From the NCBI GenBank assembly GCA_021777355.1, contig JAJYDO010000004.1:1-63026 (forward strand): 63,026 nt of DNA, given 5' to 3'. The notes under the pieces are model-generated. The model was not told where the DNA came from. It did no database searches and saw only the letters and a program-made list of their open reading frames with translations. This DNA is from Actinomycetes bacterium. Lineage in GTDB: Bacteria > Actinomycetota > Acidimicrobiia > Acidimicrobiales > JABEUL01. Both the position numbers and the translations under genes were made by a program. Numbering within the stretch: the first letter of the stretch is position 1; every line of letters begins with the position of its first letter. Of the stretch, positions 32,427-43,042 are shown piece after piece.

Positions 32427-34605
32427 CTCTGGCAACCTTTTTCTTGCTGTGTTTGCCTCGATGAGAGATCCATTTTCTTCGTGCAGTTCTAAACCACCAC
32501 CACAGCACCAAAAGTGCAGCTCCAAGTGAAAGTATCACTCCCACGCTGGAGATGGCTGTGGAGTGGACGCTTAGTTGTTGCCTTATTAAAGTGACTGAGC
32601 CATCCGGTGATTTCACCGATACCGTTAATGGAACCGAACCTCTGGCTCTTGCAGTAACGGTGAAGTAAACCGTGTTTTGAGACTTGTTTAAATTGATAGA
32701 GACTGAGGTGGGACTGTGGAAAGTCAAGCCGTTACTTGACACGACCAGTTCCAGATTCAAGATAGGTGAGCTAGGTGACGCAATTACAGTTATTGGAATT
32801 TTTCCGGTTGAAGATGTCAAGGTGATGTTTGGGTTTGGGGAAAGGGAGATCTCGGATTGAATCTTTCTAAAGGGGGACGAGGCACTTGACAAATAATCTG
32901 AAAAAGATGGCCCAGGCGTAGTAATTAGCGCTTCGCTTTGGTAGAGATCACCTAGTGCGCTGTTCAGATCAATCGCGTTAGAACCTGTGTATTGCCCATT
33001 TTCAAATATTGCTCCATAAGCCAACGACGCCGCGGTTAGCTGGGAACGGGCCGTATTGAAACTTGCCAATGATTTGGGTGAGATCGAAGGCGGAGATGAA
33101 GATGGAACAAGCTCGCGGGTTGAAGGGTTAGACAGAACTCCCTGAGGAGCCGTAGCTGACGAGGCAAGAGTAACGCCCTCTAAAATTGGATTATCTGCAA
33201 TACCCGACAGCAAATTCTTAATAACGGTTGCCTGCGAGGAAATTGAGGAAGGAATCAAAACAGAAAGATTCCTATCGTATGACGAGTTGGGAGCGTCAAA
33301 AAATACCTGAGATGCCTCTCCAATGAAAGTCTCGGCTCCAAGTACCGGATCGCTATTTAAGAGGTCTTGTGAAAGACCTTGATCAAGTGCCAAGCAAATT
33401 GGCGAGGATGAATCGGTCAAATTTGACAATCCGAAGGGCTGTGTGGCAGTGGAGCGGAGGCTTGAAGGTCTTAGAGAAGAAATGGGAAGGAGAAGAGTTG
33501 AGATTCCAAATGAGACAAGTTTCGAAACGCCAACTAAAGACAGATCCGCAGTTCCTACATAAGCCGGAATTAGAGATTTAAGACCCAAGATACTCTTTAA
33601 AACGGCGTTTCCCGACAAGTACTGATTTTCGATGTCCTGCTCCAGAGCGGAGTCGGCCAAGCTTGAAATGTCGATATCGGAATATGGCTCTTCCACAAAC
33701 GGGTGGAGTGAGTTGGATCCGATAAATTTTAGATCGTTAAGCAATGTTGCAGCCGATTCCGACTTATCGCTGCTTAACTCCACTAAAGTCGACGGATCAA
33801 TGGTGAAAGTAATTGGCGTTGAAAAGTCTGTTGCCACTGAGTCCAGTACGCCAATTGCACTGTTTATGTCGGTTTGACTCAAAGTTGAAGAAGTACTTGA
33901 ATCCTGGCTGAGCAAAGGTATGACGAGACCGATGCCAAGACGAGTTGGAGGAGGGTCTTGGGGAGAAATGACAATGTGAGTCACAAGCGAGTAGGTCTCT
34001 ACTCTGGTCACTGGGTCAAGCAATGACACTTTTAACGGGTAAATTCCAGGGCAAGCCGAATACTGGCACCCAATCCCCAGCCTCACCGGAATAGCAGAAG
34101 GCAACTCCTGTGTTGTTGATGTTGGCAAACCCGGCGCTAAAAGTGTAACTGAAAAGTTGACCACTGCCGGACTAGTCTGACCCACTAAATACTGTCCAAT
34201 GACCATTCCCCCAGTTGATGAAACAACGCCATATGGGTTTGTGATGCTTTGATCAAACGAACTTCTCGAACTTAGTTTCATAAACGTTGTAAGTTGAACC
34301 ACCAGGTTTGATATGGGAGTAGAGGTGTCGACCTGGATGCTTAAATTGAAAGTTTGACCAGGATTGACAAAGGGAGACTGGCCCATCACTTTGATAGAGG
34401 AATCATTTGAAGCGGCAGAAAAGCTTGCCTTAACCGGCACTGATCTGCAAGCCGCAACAGTTTGGCAAAAAACCGCGCAAACCAGACTTGCCGCAAAAAC
34501 TAAAGAGCCAAGCTTTGACATGGTTCCGGTTAAGAAGACTGTCAAATTGGATTCGGTAGTGAATGATTTTTTTATATTTGCCATGTTTTTTGAGATATTT
34601 TCCAT
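32416..34605 (-). CDS. Large secreted, membrane-anchored protein (DUF6049-like); start uncertain, possibly 34521
   Basis: Signal-like N-terminus, PGIYPLKV, PYSDID, ITLTSSTGKIPITV, C-terminal TM and basic tail; conserved cca-x-murJ position. Confidence 0.75.
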   Translation of the reverse strand: MENISKNMANIKKSFTTESNLTVFLTGTMSKLGSLVFAASLVCAVFCQTVAACRSVPVKASFSAASNDSSIKVMGQSPFVNPGQTFNLSIQVDTSTPISNLVVQLTTFMKLSSRSSFDQSITNPYGVVSSTGGMVIGQYLVGQTSPAVVNFSVTLLAPGLPTSTTQELPSAIPVRLGIGCQYSACPGIYPLKVSLLDPVTRVETYSLVTHIVISPQDPPPTRLGIGLVIPLLSQDSSTSSTLSQTDINSAIGVLDSVATDFSTPITFTIDPSTLVELSSDKSESAATLLNDLKFIGSNSLHPFVEEPYSDIDISSLADSALEQDIENQYLSGNAVLKSILGLKSLIPAYVGTADLSLVGVSKLVSFGISTLLLPISSLRPSSLRSTATQPFGLSNLTDSSSPICLALDQGLSQDLLNSDPVLGAETFIGEASQVFFDAPNSSYDRNLSVLIPSSISSQATVIKNLLSGIADNPILEGVTLASSATAPQGVLSNPSTRELVPSSSPPSISPKSLASFNTARSQLTAASLAYGAIFENGQYTGSNAIDLNSALGDLYQSEALITTPGPSFSDYLSSASSPFRKIQSEISLSPNPNITLTSSTGKIPITVIASPSSPILNLELVVSSNGLTFHSPTSVSINLNKSQNTVYFTVTARARGSVPLTVSVKSPDGSVTLIRQQLSVHSTAISSVGVILSLGAALLVLWWWFRTARRKWISHRGKHSKKKVARDGQ

Positions 34606-34659
34606 AACTTTTCTCCAAAATGAAGAACAAGTAGATGAAATCGCACTACCCTCAAATTA

Positions 34660-36057
34660 GTGCTTCCAGAGAGAGTAAAACCTATTGTTGATAAAGCTGG
34701 CGCCATAGCCAAGCTTTTTCGCGCCAATGACATCCCCATATATCTTGTCGGGGGCTCAGTCAGAGATGCCGTGATTTCACGTGATCAAGTGGCAGAAATC
34801 CCTGATTTTGATTACACCACGCCCGCCCGCCCAGAGCTAATAGAGAAAATCCTGTCTCCTTGGGCAGACGCCCTTTGGACTCAAGGAAAGAAGTTTGGCA
34901 CCATAGCATGTATAAAAGACGGAATACGCCATGAGGTAACTACTTTTAGGTCCGAAACCTACGACCCAGACTCCAGAAAACCGGAAGTATCGTTCGGGAA
35001 TTCCCTGGAAGAGGACCTTTCAAGAAGAGACTTTACGGTTAACGCTATGGCACTTTCGCTGCCGGATCTGGAGCTAATTGATCCTTTCAACGGGATTGGC
35101 GACCTTGGAGCACTAAGGCTGGCAACACCGCTTTCCCCTGAAATTTCTTTTTCTGATGATCCCCTTCGAATGATGCGCGCGGCAAGATTCATTGCTTCAC
35201 TGGATCTCACTCCCGATGAAGCCCTAACGGAGGCGGTTGGCAAAATGGCAAGTCGAATAGAAGTGGTCAGTGCAGAAAGGACTCGGGACGAGTTAAACCG
35301 ATTGGTGACCCTTCCAAATCCGGAAAAGGGCCTTTGGTTTTTAGTTAATACGGGGCTTGCAGAGCATTTTCTTCCGGAACTCCCTGCACTGGCTCTTGAG
35401 CAAGATCCGATACACCGACATAAAGATGTGCTGGGCCACACAATTGCCGTTGTGTGTAAAACCCAGCCGAACCTGATATTGAGGCTGGCTGCTTTATTCC
35501 ACGACGTTGGCAAGCCCAAGACGCGGAGTTATGAAAACGACAAAGTGCAGTTTCACTTTCATGACGTAGTAGGCGCCAGAATGACTAAAAAACGTATGTC
35601 TGCTCTTCGATATCCCACTTCGGATATCGAAAGCGTCACAAAACTTGTGGAACTACATCTACGATTTCACACTTATAAGCTGGGTTGGACCGACAAAGCT
35701 CTTCGGAGGTATGCCAGAGATGCGGGCAGTCTTTTAAGCGAGTTGAACGAACTGACCAGATGTGACTGCACTACAAGGAACGAGAAAAAAGCCAAAGAGC
35801 TATCCGACCGCATTGACGAGATGGAAGTGCGCCTAAGTGCCTTAAGTGAAAAAGAGGAGCTTGCTTCTCTGAGACCTGATTTAGACGGAGACGAAGTAAT
35901 GGAACTGTTGGGACTATCACCAAGCAGGGAAGTTGGCGTGGCAATGAATTGGCTAATGGATCTCAGACTAGATGAAGGTCCCCTCGACAAAGACATCGTT
36001 AAATCAAGGCTTCTGGAATGGTGGCGGAGTAGAAACTCAGGCGAAGCTGAAACCTAA
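34660..36057 (+). CDS. cca: CCA tRNA nucleotidyltransferase with HD domain
   Basis: [33 protein letters not shown]. Confidence 0.92.
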   Translation: MLPERVKPIVDKAGAIAKLFRANDIPIYLVGGSVRDAVISRDQVAEIPDFDYTTPARPELIEKILSPWADALWTQGKKFGTIACIKDGIRHEVTTFRSETYDPDSRKPEVSFGNSLEEDLSRRDFTVNAMALSLPDLELIDPFNGIGDLGALRLATPLSPEISFSDDPLRMMRAARFIASLDLTPDEALTEAVGKMASRIEVVSAERTRDELNRLVTLPNPEKGLWFLVNTGLAEHFLPELPALALEQDPIHRHKDVLGHTIAVVCKTQPNLILRLAALFHDVGKPKTRSYENDKVQFHFHDVVGARMTKKRMSALRYPTSDIESVTKLVELHLRFHTYKLGWTDKALRRYARDAGSLLSELNELTRCDCTTRNEKKAKELSDRIDEMEVRLSALSEKEELASLRPDLDGDEVMELLGLSPSREVGVAMNWLMDLRLDEGPLDKDIVKSRLLEWWRSRNSGEAET

Positions 36058-37121
36058 GAAATGAAGTCCTCCACCATTTGGCGGGCTAATTCGTCCCTAA
36101 ATTGAACCGGGGGGGATTTCATAAAATATGCCGAAGGACCTTCCAAGGGACCGCCGATACCTTTATCCAATGCGATGCGTGCGCACCTAAGCGCGTCAAT
36201 GATGACACCGGCTGAATTTGGAGAGTCCCACACTTCTAATTTGAGCTCAAGATTCAAAGGAACGTCTCCAAAGTTTCTGCCCTCAATTCTGATGTATGCC
36301 CACTTTCGGTCCTCCAACCAGGGGATATGATCTGACGGTCCAATGTGCACTGACTCCTCGGGGAGCTTATTTTCAAGTTGGCTGGTAACAGCCTGAGTTT
36401 TCGAAATCTTCTTTGATTCAAGGCGATCTCTCTCCAGCATGTTTTTAAAGTCCATGTTTCCACCCACGTTCAACTGGTAGGTTCGGTCGACAACTAACCC
36501 TCTGTCTTCAAAGAGCCTGGTGAGAACCCGGTGAACTATTGTGGATCCAACCTGGCTCTTGATATCGTCGCCGATGATTGGGATACCCTTTTCCCGGAAT
36601 TTTTCAGCCCAAACCGGATCTGAGGCGATGAAGACGGGGATGGCGTTAACGAAGGCCACGCCGGCATCTAAGCAGGCCTGAGCGTAGAACTTCTGTGCAT
36701 TCTCGGAGCCGACAGGGAGATAGGAGACCAGAACTTCAGCACCGCTATCGCGCAGAACTTGCGCTACATCCACAGGCTCAACAGGTGACTCTTCAATAGT
36801 CTTTTGGTAGTAAATTCCAAGTCCGTCCAGTGTTGGTCCCCTGCTTACCGACACGTTACATGTTGGAATTTCGGCAAATCTAATCGTGTTGTTCTGACCA
36901 GCAAATGCCGCTTTTGACAGATCTGTGCCTACCTTCGTGCAATCGACGTCAAATGCTGCTACAGGGACTAGATCCCTGATTTGATACCCGCCCAGCGACA
37001 CGTGCATAAGACCAGGTACATCGGCATCGGGGTCAGCATTTTTGTAGTACTGAATTCCTTGGAGCAGCGAACACGCACAGTTGCCGACTCCTGCTATTGC
37101 AAACTTTATTTCTTTACTCAT
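36054..37121 (-). CDS. ino1: Inositol-3-phosphate synthase
   Basis: [28 protein letters not shown]. Confidence 0.96.
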   Translation of the reverse strand: MSKEIKFAIAGVGNCACSLLQGIQYYKNADPDADVPGLMHVSLGGYQIRDLVPVAAFDVDCTKVGTDLSKAAFAGQNNTIRFAEIPTCNVSVSRGPTLDGLGIYYQKTIEESPVEPVDVAQVLRDSGAEVLVSYLPVGSENAQKFYAQACLDAGVAFVNAIPVFIASDPVWAEKFREKGIPIIGDDIKSQVGSTIVHRVLTRLFEDRGLVVDRTYQLNVGGNMDFKNMLERDRLESKKISKTQAVTSQLENKLPEESVHIGPSDHIPWLEDRKWAYIRIEGRNFGDVPLNLELKLEVWDSPNSAGVIIDALRCARIALDKGIGGPLEGPSAYFMKSPPVQFRDELARQMVEDFIS

Positions 37122-37822
37122 GGTTTGAGTACCTCCGTTGTTGGTAGTTGGATGCTGTTTGAACTTAAATTGTTCGCACTGCTGGGATTCGAATTTTTCT
37201 CAGTTAAAAGACCCGAGCTACTTTGTTCTTCTTTTGTGATTAGCTGGTTTAACCACTGGAGATCGGTTTCGATCAAGTGGTAGGTGCGCTCGGCTAAGGC
37301 CTTGCGATACTGGTAAATCTCGGAGTTATTGCAGGTAGCTTTTTTGGCTTCATCCAGGCGTCTCTTTAAGTCGTCCCTCCGATGCCTTAAAAGCGACATG
37401 CGTGCCGGAGGCGGCAAATACCTTGAAAAAGCCAGCTTCACGGCAAACGACTTTCCGTCTGATCCTTCAGGAAACTGGGCTTCAGTTGTAGCCAGAAGCT
37501 CCTCAAGCATTTCCTCTCCTCTTTTAGTAATTCTATAGACCTTGCGGCTTCTTGTGGTTCTGCGCTCGGCTCCAAAGCCTCCAGAAGCTCGAAATAGCGC
37601 TCTTTCCCCGGACAGCGATCCGGCCGAAGGCACAGGCGTGCCGATCTTTTGAGGCTCCAGTTCCTCCAGTGCTCCTTTGGATTTCAGCCTGGCTAATGTT
37701 GGATAAAGGGAGCCGAAAGACACCGTAATTATCGTGCCCAACTCCTCGCGGAGACGCCTTCTTAGCTCGTATCCGTGCAGGTCAGACTCCTTTAAAAGTC
37801 CCAGTATTGCAATTTCAATCAC
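37118..37822 (-). CDS. PadR-family transcriptional regulator
   Basis: ILGLL...HGYEL...SFGSLYPTL...RKVYRIT. Confidence 0.93.
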   Translation of the reverse strand: MIEIAILGLLKESDLHGYELRRRLREELGTIITVSFGSLYPTLARLKSKGALEELEPQKIGTPVPSAGSLSGERALFRASGGFGAERRTTRSRKVYRITKRGEEMLEELLATTEAQFPEGSDGKSFAVKLAFSRYLPPPARMSLLRHRRDDLKRRLDEAKKATCNNSEIYQYRKALAERTYHLIETDLQWLNQLITKEEQSSSGLLTEKNSNPSSANNLSSNSIQLPTTEVLKP

Positions 37823-37926
37823 TTATGTGGCTCCAGCAGATTCTTCTCGGGGCGTAATGAACCCAAGGCCGCCTTCCAGAAAGCCGCAACCTTCTCTTGA
37901 CGCGGGTTCTACAGCGATTGCCCGTC

Positions 37927-37956
37927 ATATCGGATTCATATATCATACCGATATAT
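37927..37956. promoter_or_regulatory. Overlapping palindromes, candidate PadR operator
   Basis: ATATCGG 37927 / CCGATAT 37948 and ATATATC-N5-GATATAT 37938-37956. Confidence 0.5.
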
Positions 37957-38002
37957 AATCATATAATACTATTGATGTCAAGTCGGACTATCTAATTTAA
38001 AA

Positions 38003-38437
38003 GTGAGCGCAAAACCACCATTTCCCGATATCGTGTACCCAGTGCAGATTTCGCCAAATGTATTAAGTGAGAAGCAAGGACTCCAGGGACAGCTTGACTA
38101 CCGGCTGGTTAAGTTCGCGCTTTTACGTGATTATAGAAGCGGAAAGTTGCTTCAAAGAGATATTTGCGACGCCCATCCCGAGCTAATGCGTGCAGCTAAA
38201 AATGTGGGCCGTCCCACCAGCGAAGACTGCCCAATCTGCCAAGATACGAAACTCGTTCACGTGTCATTTGCTTTTGGACACAGACTGCCTCCGGGTGGAA
38301 GATGTATAACCACCATGCAGGAGCTTAAGGAGTTGTCCATAAGCTCCCATCCGATTTCATGCTATGTGGTCGAGGTCTGTGTAACTTGCAGTTGGAATCA
38401 TCTCATCAGACTTTTGCCACTGGGGAAATTGAGCTGA
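38003..38437 (+). CDS. DUF5318-like zinc-binding protein
   Basis: CDAHPEL, CPIC, YVVEVCVTCSWNHL; divergent from padR. Confidence 0.85.
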   Translation: MSAKPPFPDIVYPVQISPNVLSEKQGLQGQLDYRLVKFALLRDYRSGKLLQRDICDAHPELMRAAKNVGRPTSEDCPICQDTKLVHVSFAFGHRLPPGGRCITTMQELKELSISSHPISCYVVEVCVTCSWNHLIRLLPLGKLS

Positions 38438-38463
38438 TTTTGCGGTGTCAGACATCGTCTTAT

Positions 38464-38634
38464 TCACGCCAGTTCGTTTGGATACATTGAACAACATGCA
38501 GCGCACCAAAACTCGCTTTCCTCGATTCTTGTAACCGAGTATTCGGTGTCCCAGGTTTCAGGCGTCACATATAGCCTGTGAACTTCAAACAACTGTGTTT
38601 CGAAATCTCCGCAGCTATCGCATTTTTGCTCCAT
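38464..38634 (-). CDS. Small zinc-finger-like protein (56 aa)
   Basis: GGAGGA RBS before ATG 38634; CDSC...WCAAC. Confidence 0.7.
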   Translation of the reverse strand: MEQKCDSCGDFETQLFEVHRLYVTPETWDTEYSVTRIEESEFWCAACCSMYPNELA

Positions 38635-38806
38635 CAGATCCTCCGGGAGAAAGTTGCGAAACGGGTCATAAATAAAGTCACATAATGAATCTAGTTTGAA
38701 CCTCGAGCCCCACAGCCGCTGAATTTCAACCAAACCGGATTTTGCCCTCTCATGTAATGCTCTTTGGCCACTTGGCGCTACACTTCGAGTAAGAAAGGAG
38801 ATTGCT

Positions 38807-39613
38807 ATGCGCGATACCGTAACCGTACCCGAAGTGCGTGGACGAAAGCGGGCGCAGGGAGCCCAGCCAATCGTGATGATCACGGCGTATGACACACCGT
38901 CTGCCAAGATTGTTGACGAATCTCTCGCGGACATCATTTTGGTGGGCGACTCGCTCGGAATGGTCGTACTTGGCTACGACAATACTTTGGCAGTGACCAT
39001 GGAGGACATGATTCACCATGTGAGTGCAGTAAAAAGAAGTGATCCAAAGGCGCTTTTAGTGGCCGATATGCCGTGGATGAGCTACCACGTAAGCGTTAGG
39101 GAGTCGGTCTTAAATGCCGCAAGCCTTATTAGAGCAGGAGCAAATGCAGTCAAGCTTGAGGGGGGCCAAAATCGGCTGGATGTAATTCATGCCATTAATG
39201 ACGCCGAAATTCCGGTCATGGGCCATTTGGGTCTCACCCCTCAGTCGGTAAATGCATTTGGGGGATTCAAGGTCCAGGCTAGGGAGGAAGCCACGAGAAA
39301 GCGACTTTTAGAAGATGCACTGGCAATTTGTGAAGCAGGCGTATTTGCCGTGGTTTTGGAAGGAATTCCTTCCGAAGCGGCAAAGGAAGTAACCGAGGCC
39401 ATAGGAGTGCCAACAATCGGCATCGGAGCCGGTCCAAATTGCGACGGCCAGGTTTTAGTTTTCCATGACCTCCTGGGCTACTCGCTGGGGAGAAAACCCA
39501 AGTTTGTCAGGTCTTATGAGACTTTTGCAGAATCTGGGATAGCGGCACTCGCCCTTTTTAGAGAAGATGTGATTGAAGGAAGATATCCAAAAGAAGCTGA
39601 ATCTTACAAATAA
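38807..39613 (+). CDS. panB: 3-methyl-2-oxobutanoate hydroxymethyltransferase
   Basis: ITAYD, LVGDSLG, KLEGG, HLGLTPQ, GIGAG. Confidence 0.97.
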   Translation: MRDTVTVPEVRGRKRAQGAQPIVMITAYDTPSAKIVDESLADIILVGDSLGMVVLGYDNTLAVTMEDMIHHVSAVKRSDPKALLVADMPWMSYHVSVRESVLNAASLIRAGANAVKLEGGQNRLDVIHAINDAEIPVMGHLGLTPQSVNAFGGFKVQAREEATRKRLLEDALAICEAGVFAVVLEGIPSEAAKEVTEAIGVPTIGIGAGPNCDGQVLVFHDLLGYSLGRKPKFVRSYETFAESGIAALALFREDVIEGRYPKEAESYK

Positions 39614-39804
39614 CAATTTAGGAGGCAGTTGGTTTTTGGACACGAACTTGTCATAGGCGGGTGACAAACTTTCATTGTGTATCTGAAGTATTTTCCGACT
39701 GCGGCAAGTGAGTCTATGGGGATGTTTTTCCTCATAATCCCAGGAGACGGGTTAGAATTTTCAGGTAGCTCGTTTATTTCGACTACAGTTAATAGTTCCG
39801 TTAG

Positions 39805-39857
39805 TCCCTGCTCCATAACGGTGGAGCTCCAGCAAATCGCTGAATCCAGAGGGAGGT
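39805..39857 (+). ncRNA. Putative S6:S18 ribosomal-protein leader (rpsF autoregulatory RNA)
   Basis: TCCCT 39805 pairs with SD-overlapping AGGGA 39850; inner hairpins GCTCCA/TGGAGC and CAGC/GCTG; unpaired CCA just before the SD. Confidence 0.6.
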
Positions 39858-39864
39858 TTGGTCC

Positions 39865-40185
39865 GTGAGACCTTATGAAGTAATGATTGTATTTGACATA
39901 AGCCAGGAAGAGGAGAAGATCCAAGCTTGGCTGAGCCGCATAAACGACTCAATTAAGCGAGTCGGCGGCGAGCCTTTGAAGGTAGACCGTTGGGGACGCC
40001 GACAGCTAGCTTACGAAGTAGATCACAAAAGGGAAGGCAACTACGTTCTAGTGACTGCCGATGCACCTGCAGGATCACTTTCGGAGCTGGACAGGATGCT
40101 TCGAATCGCAGATGAAGTAATACGCCACAAAGTGGTTAGGATACCTGACAAGGCTCCAGGCGCTGTGGCAAATCGAACGGAGTAA
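39865..40185 (+). CDS. rpsF: 30S ribosomal protein S6
   Basis: RPYEVM, WGRRQLAYEV, VIRH. Confidence 0.97.
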   Translation: MRPYEVMIVFDISQEEEKIQAWLSRINDSIKRVGGEPLKVDRWGRRQLAYEVDHKREGNYVLVTADAPAGSLSELDRMLRIADEVIRHKVVRIPDKAPGAVANRTE

Positions 40186-40188
40186 TAA

Positions 40189-40632
40189 ATGTCTAATGGA
40201 AATACAGTTACCATAATTGGGAACGTTACGAGAGATCCCGAGCTGCGCTTTACGCCTAGCGGCCAAGCAACTACAACTTTCGGCTTGGCAGTTAATCGTA
40301 GGTGGCAGAACCGCCAGACCCAGGACTGGGAGGAAGCCACATCGTTTTTTGATGTAGTTTGCTGGCGTGAAATGGCTGAAAATGCCGCAGAGAGTCTTCA
40401 GAGAGGGGCAAGAGTAATTGTCACAGGAAGACTGGAACAAAGAACTTGGGAAGCCAATGGCGAGAAGAAGTCCAAGATTGAAATTATTGCCGACGAAATT
40501 GGACCCTCTCTCAGATGGGCCAGTGCACAGGTAGTTAAAAATGAAAGGCGAAGTGGCGGTGGCGATGATGGACCGCCGCGTTCAGCAGCTGATGAACCCC
40601 CCGCCTACGACATGAATGAGGAGCCGTTTTAA
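40189..40632 (+). CDS. ssb: Single-stranded DNA-binding protein
   Basis: [12 protein letters not shown]; acidic tail EEPF. Confidence 0.97.
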   Translation: MSNGNTVTIIGNVTRDPELRFTPSGQATTTFGLAVNRRWQNRQTQDWEEATSFFDVVCWREMAENAAESLQRGARVIVTGRLEQRTWEANGEKKSKIEIIADEIGPSLRWASAQVVKNERRSGGGDDGPPRSAADEPPAYDMNEEPF

Positions 40633-40634
40633 TA

Positions 40635-41069
40635 ATGGGTAGAGGAATCAAACGAGAAAAAGTTACACGAAGGTTGCCAAAAGAACCGATGAGGCGCGGA
40701 AGGGCGAAAACTTGTCAGTTTTGCAATGACGAAACCCCATGGATTGACTACAAGGACATTTCCTTGTTAAAAAAGTACGTCAGTGATCGAGGAAAGATCC
40801 GAGCGCGAAGGGTCACGGGCACTTGCATGCGCCACCAAAGAGAAATCGCAGTTGCAGTTAAGACTGCGCGAGAGTTAATGCTCTTACCCTACACAGAGAG
40901 GGTTATTGGACTTGAGCGTCCGCCATCTAGGGGCAGACGGGACGGGAATTACGATAGCGACATGGACGAAGAGTCTCGCCTGGCCGATTTGGCCAAAGCC
41001 TATGAAATTCCTGAAGAGGAAGACGAGTATGAGGATGTGCCAAGCGAGGGAACCGAGGGTGATCTCTGA
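40635..41069 (+). CDS. rpsR: 30S ribosomal protein S18, zinc-binding form with acidic C-terminal extension
   Basis: [21 protein letters not shown]-x2-H, AVKTAR. Confidence 0.95.
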   Translation: MGRGIKREKVTRRLPKEPMRRGRAKTCQFCNDETPWIDYKDISLLKKYVSDRGKIRARRVTGTCMRHQREIAVAVKTARELMLLPYTERVIGLERPPSRGRRDGNYDSDMDEESRLADLAKAYEIPEEEDEYEDVPSEGTEGDL

Positions 41070-41524
41070 TGAAGGTGCTATTACGTGAAAATATTAGTGG
41101 TTTAGGACTCAGGGGCGACATAGTTGAAGTCAAGGACGGATATGCCAGAAACAGCCTCATCCCAACAGGGAAAGCACTGCAGGCAACGCCGAAAATCGCA
41201 CTTCAAGCTGAAGCCATGGTCAGATCCAGAGTTCTCAAGGATGCCAAGAACAAATCAGACGCTCTTTTGATTGCCCAAAGGCTTGAGGGCCAAGTGGTTT
41301 CTATTCCCGCCAGAGCAGGAAAGAATGGAAAACTCTATGGCTCTATTACTACCGCGGATATTTCAGGAGCCCTGTTAGATCAATTAGGCGTAGAAGTAGA
41401 TCGTCGAAAGATTCACGAAATTGAAGCCATCCGGTCAGTTGGCGACCACGCTGTTACGCTTAAGCTTCACAGCGAAGTGGAAGTGGCATTGGCAATCAAA
41501 GTTGAAGAATTAAGCCAGTCTTAG
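41069..41524 (+). CDS. rplI: 50S ribosomal protein L9
   Basis: MKVLL...LG..GD.VEVKDGYARN; GKLYGSIT. Confidence 0.97.
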   Translation: MKVLLRENISGLGLRGDIVEVKDGYARNSLIPTGKALQATPKIALQAEAMVRSRVLKDAKNKSDALLIAQRLEGQVVSIPARAGKNGKLYGSITTADISGALLDQLGVEVDRRKIHEIEAIRSVGDHAVTLKLHSEVEVALAIKVEELSQS

Positions 41525-41536
41525 TTCTCAATTTAG

Positions 41537-41598
41537 ATTTCCACTAGTTATCCACTGTATTATCTTCCTTTGCACAGCTTTGCCTCTTTCAATCCACA
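41537..41598 (+). promoter_or_regulatory. DnaA-box-like cluster upstream of dnaB
   Basis: ATTTCCACT 41537, TTATCCACT 41548, CTTTGCACA 41568, CAATCCACA 41590. Confidence 0.55.
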
Positions 41599-41621
41599 GA
41601 GGAAATAGGTGATGATGTAGT

Positions 41622-42995
41622 ATGGTCCAATCTATAGATGAAGCAAGGCGGAGAAGCGCGCAAAATTCTCCTTCGGCAGGACAGAGAATTCCGCCCCATA
41701 ACCTTGATGCAGAAAGCGCTTTAATTGGCGCAATGCTTTTGTCGCGCGATGCTGTGGCAAATGCAATTGAGACCGTTACCGCCGACGATTTTTACAAGCC
41801 TTCTCATGGAACTATATATTCTGCAATATCGATTCTCTATGCCAGAGGCGATGCAATTGATGTTGTAACTGTTGCAGAGGAACTTCGCAGAACAAATCTT
41901 TTGGAATCTATCGGGGGAGCCGCTACATTGGTGGCAATTCAAAGCAATACGCCTGCAATTGGAAACTCTTCGACATATGCCAACATTGTCTCTGAACACT
42001 CAATGCTCAGAAGGTTGATTTCGGTCGCAGGCGAGATAGCTGAGATAGGCTACTCAATCCCAAACGATGTTGTAGCTGCAATAGATGAAGCTGAGGCAAT
42101 GGTTTTTGATGTTGCCAGGCATCGCGGAAAGGACTCCATTGCCAAACTTTATGATCTCTTGACTGAAAGTATGGACAGGCTTCAGCTTTTAGCTGACAGA
42201 GGTGACCACATTACTGGTGTTCCAACTGGATTTGCCAAGCTGGATGCCTGCTTGGCAGGGATGCAGAATGCCAATTTAATTATTGTCGGAGCCAGACCGG
42301 CAATGGGAAAGACCGCATTTGCCCTAAGCGTGGCTTCAAATGCGGCGCTTCAGAGCGGCACGCCCGTGCTTTTATTTTCTCTTGAAATGAGCCACATGGA
42401 AATTGCCCAAAGGCTGCTTGGCTCAGAAGCTTTGGTGGATGCGGCCAAACTCAGAAATGGGCAGCTCCAAGATCAGGACTGGTCGAGACTTGAAACTGCA
42501 ATCTCCCACCTGTCGGAGGCGCCGATCTTTGTGGACGATAATCCCAATTTAACCGTAATGGACATAAGGGCAAAGGCTCGAAGACTGGCTTCACGTAATC
42601 ACATCGGATTAATAATTGTTGACTATCTCCAGTTGATGTCAGGAAGAAGGTCTGCAGAAAATCGCCAAGTTGAAGTGTCTGAGATCTCTAGGGGACTAAA
42701 AATTCTTGCACGTGAGCTAAACATTCCCGTTATTGCCCTGTCGCAGCTTTCAAGGACTCTTGAATCCAGGGCAGACAAGCGTCCCACACTTGCTGATCTA
42801 AGAGAGTCCGGATCATTAGAACAAGACGCAGACGTTGTAATGTTTCTTTATCGGGAAGAAATGTACACTCCCGACACAACGGATAAAGGCATAGCAGAGG
42901 TCATCGTAGCCAAGCATAGAAATGGTCCGACAGATAGTGTGAGATTAGTATTTAGAGGACAGTTCTCAAGATTTGACAATGCCGCAAGTCTCTAA
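41622..42995 (+). CDS. dnaB: Replicative DNA helicase
   Basis: ARPAMGKT, SLEMS, DYLQLM, SQLSR, LRESGSLEQDAD; no intein. Confidence 0.98.
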   Translation: MVQSIDEARRRSAQNSPSAGQRIPPHNLDAESALIGAMLLSRDAVANAIETVTADDFYKPSHGTIYSAISILYARGDAIDVVTVAEELRRTNLLESIGGAATLVAIQSNTPAIGNSSTYANIVSEHSMLRRLISVAGEIAEIGYSIPNDVVAAIDEAEAMVFDVARHRGKDSIAKLYDLLTESMDRLQLLADRGDHITGVPTGFAKLDACLAGMQNANLIIVGARPAMGKTAFALSVASNAALQSGTPVLLFSLEMSHMEIAQRLLGSEALVDAAKLRNGQLQDQDWSRLETAISHLSEAPIFVDDNPNLTVMDIRAKARRLASRNHIGLIIVDYLQLMSGRRSAENRQVEVSEISRGLKILARELNIPVIALSQLSRTLESRADKRPTLADLRESGSLEQDADVVMFLYREEMYTPDTTDKGIAEVIVAKHRNGPTDSVRLVFRGQFSRFDNAASL

Positions 42996-43042
42996 GACTT
43001 TGCACTATTTGGAGATAATAGACCCAACAGCTCAAAAAGAAT

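Noticed and set aside
34773-34788. Third parS-like site GATTTCACGTGATCAA in cca, and a half-site at the parB 3' end
   Set aside because: Only 11/16 match or a half-site; compatible with chance
38660-38800. pan RNA motif or riboswitch upstream of panB
   Set aside because: I could not find convincing stems
38635-38937. N-terminal 101 aa of ORF 38464..38937
   Set aside because: Overlaps panB head-to-head; a better start with RBS exists at 38634
39604-39952. ORFs between panB and rpsF
   Set aside because: They overlap neighbours or the leader RNA and show no recognisable features
41622-42995. Inteins in dnaB or gyrA
   Set aside because: Normal lengths and uninterrupted motifs
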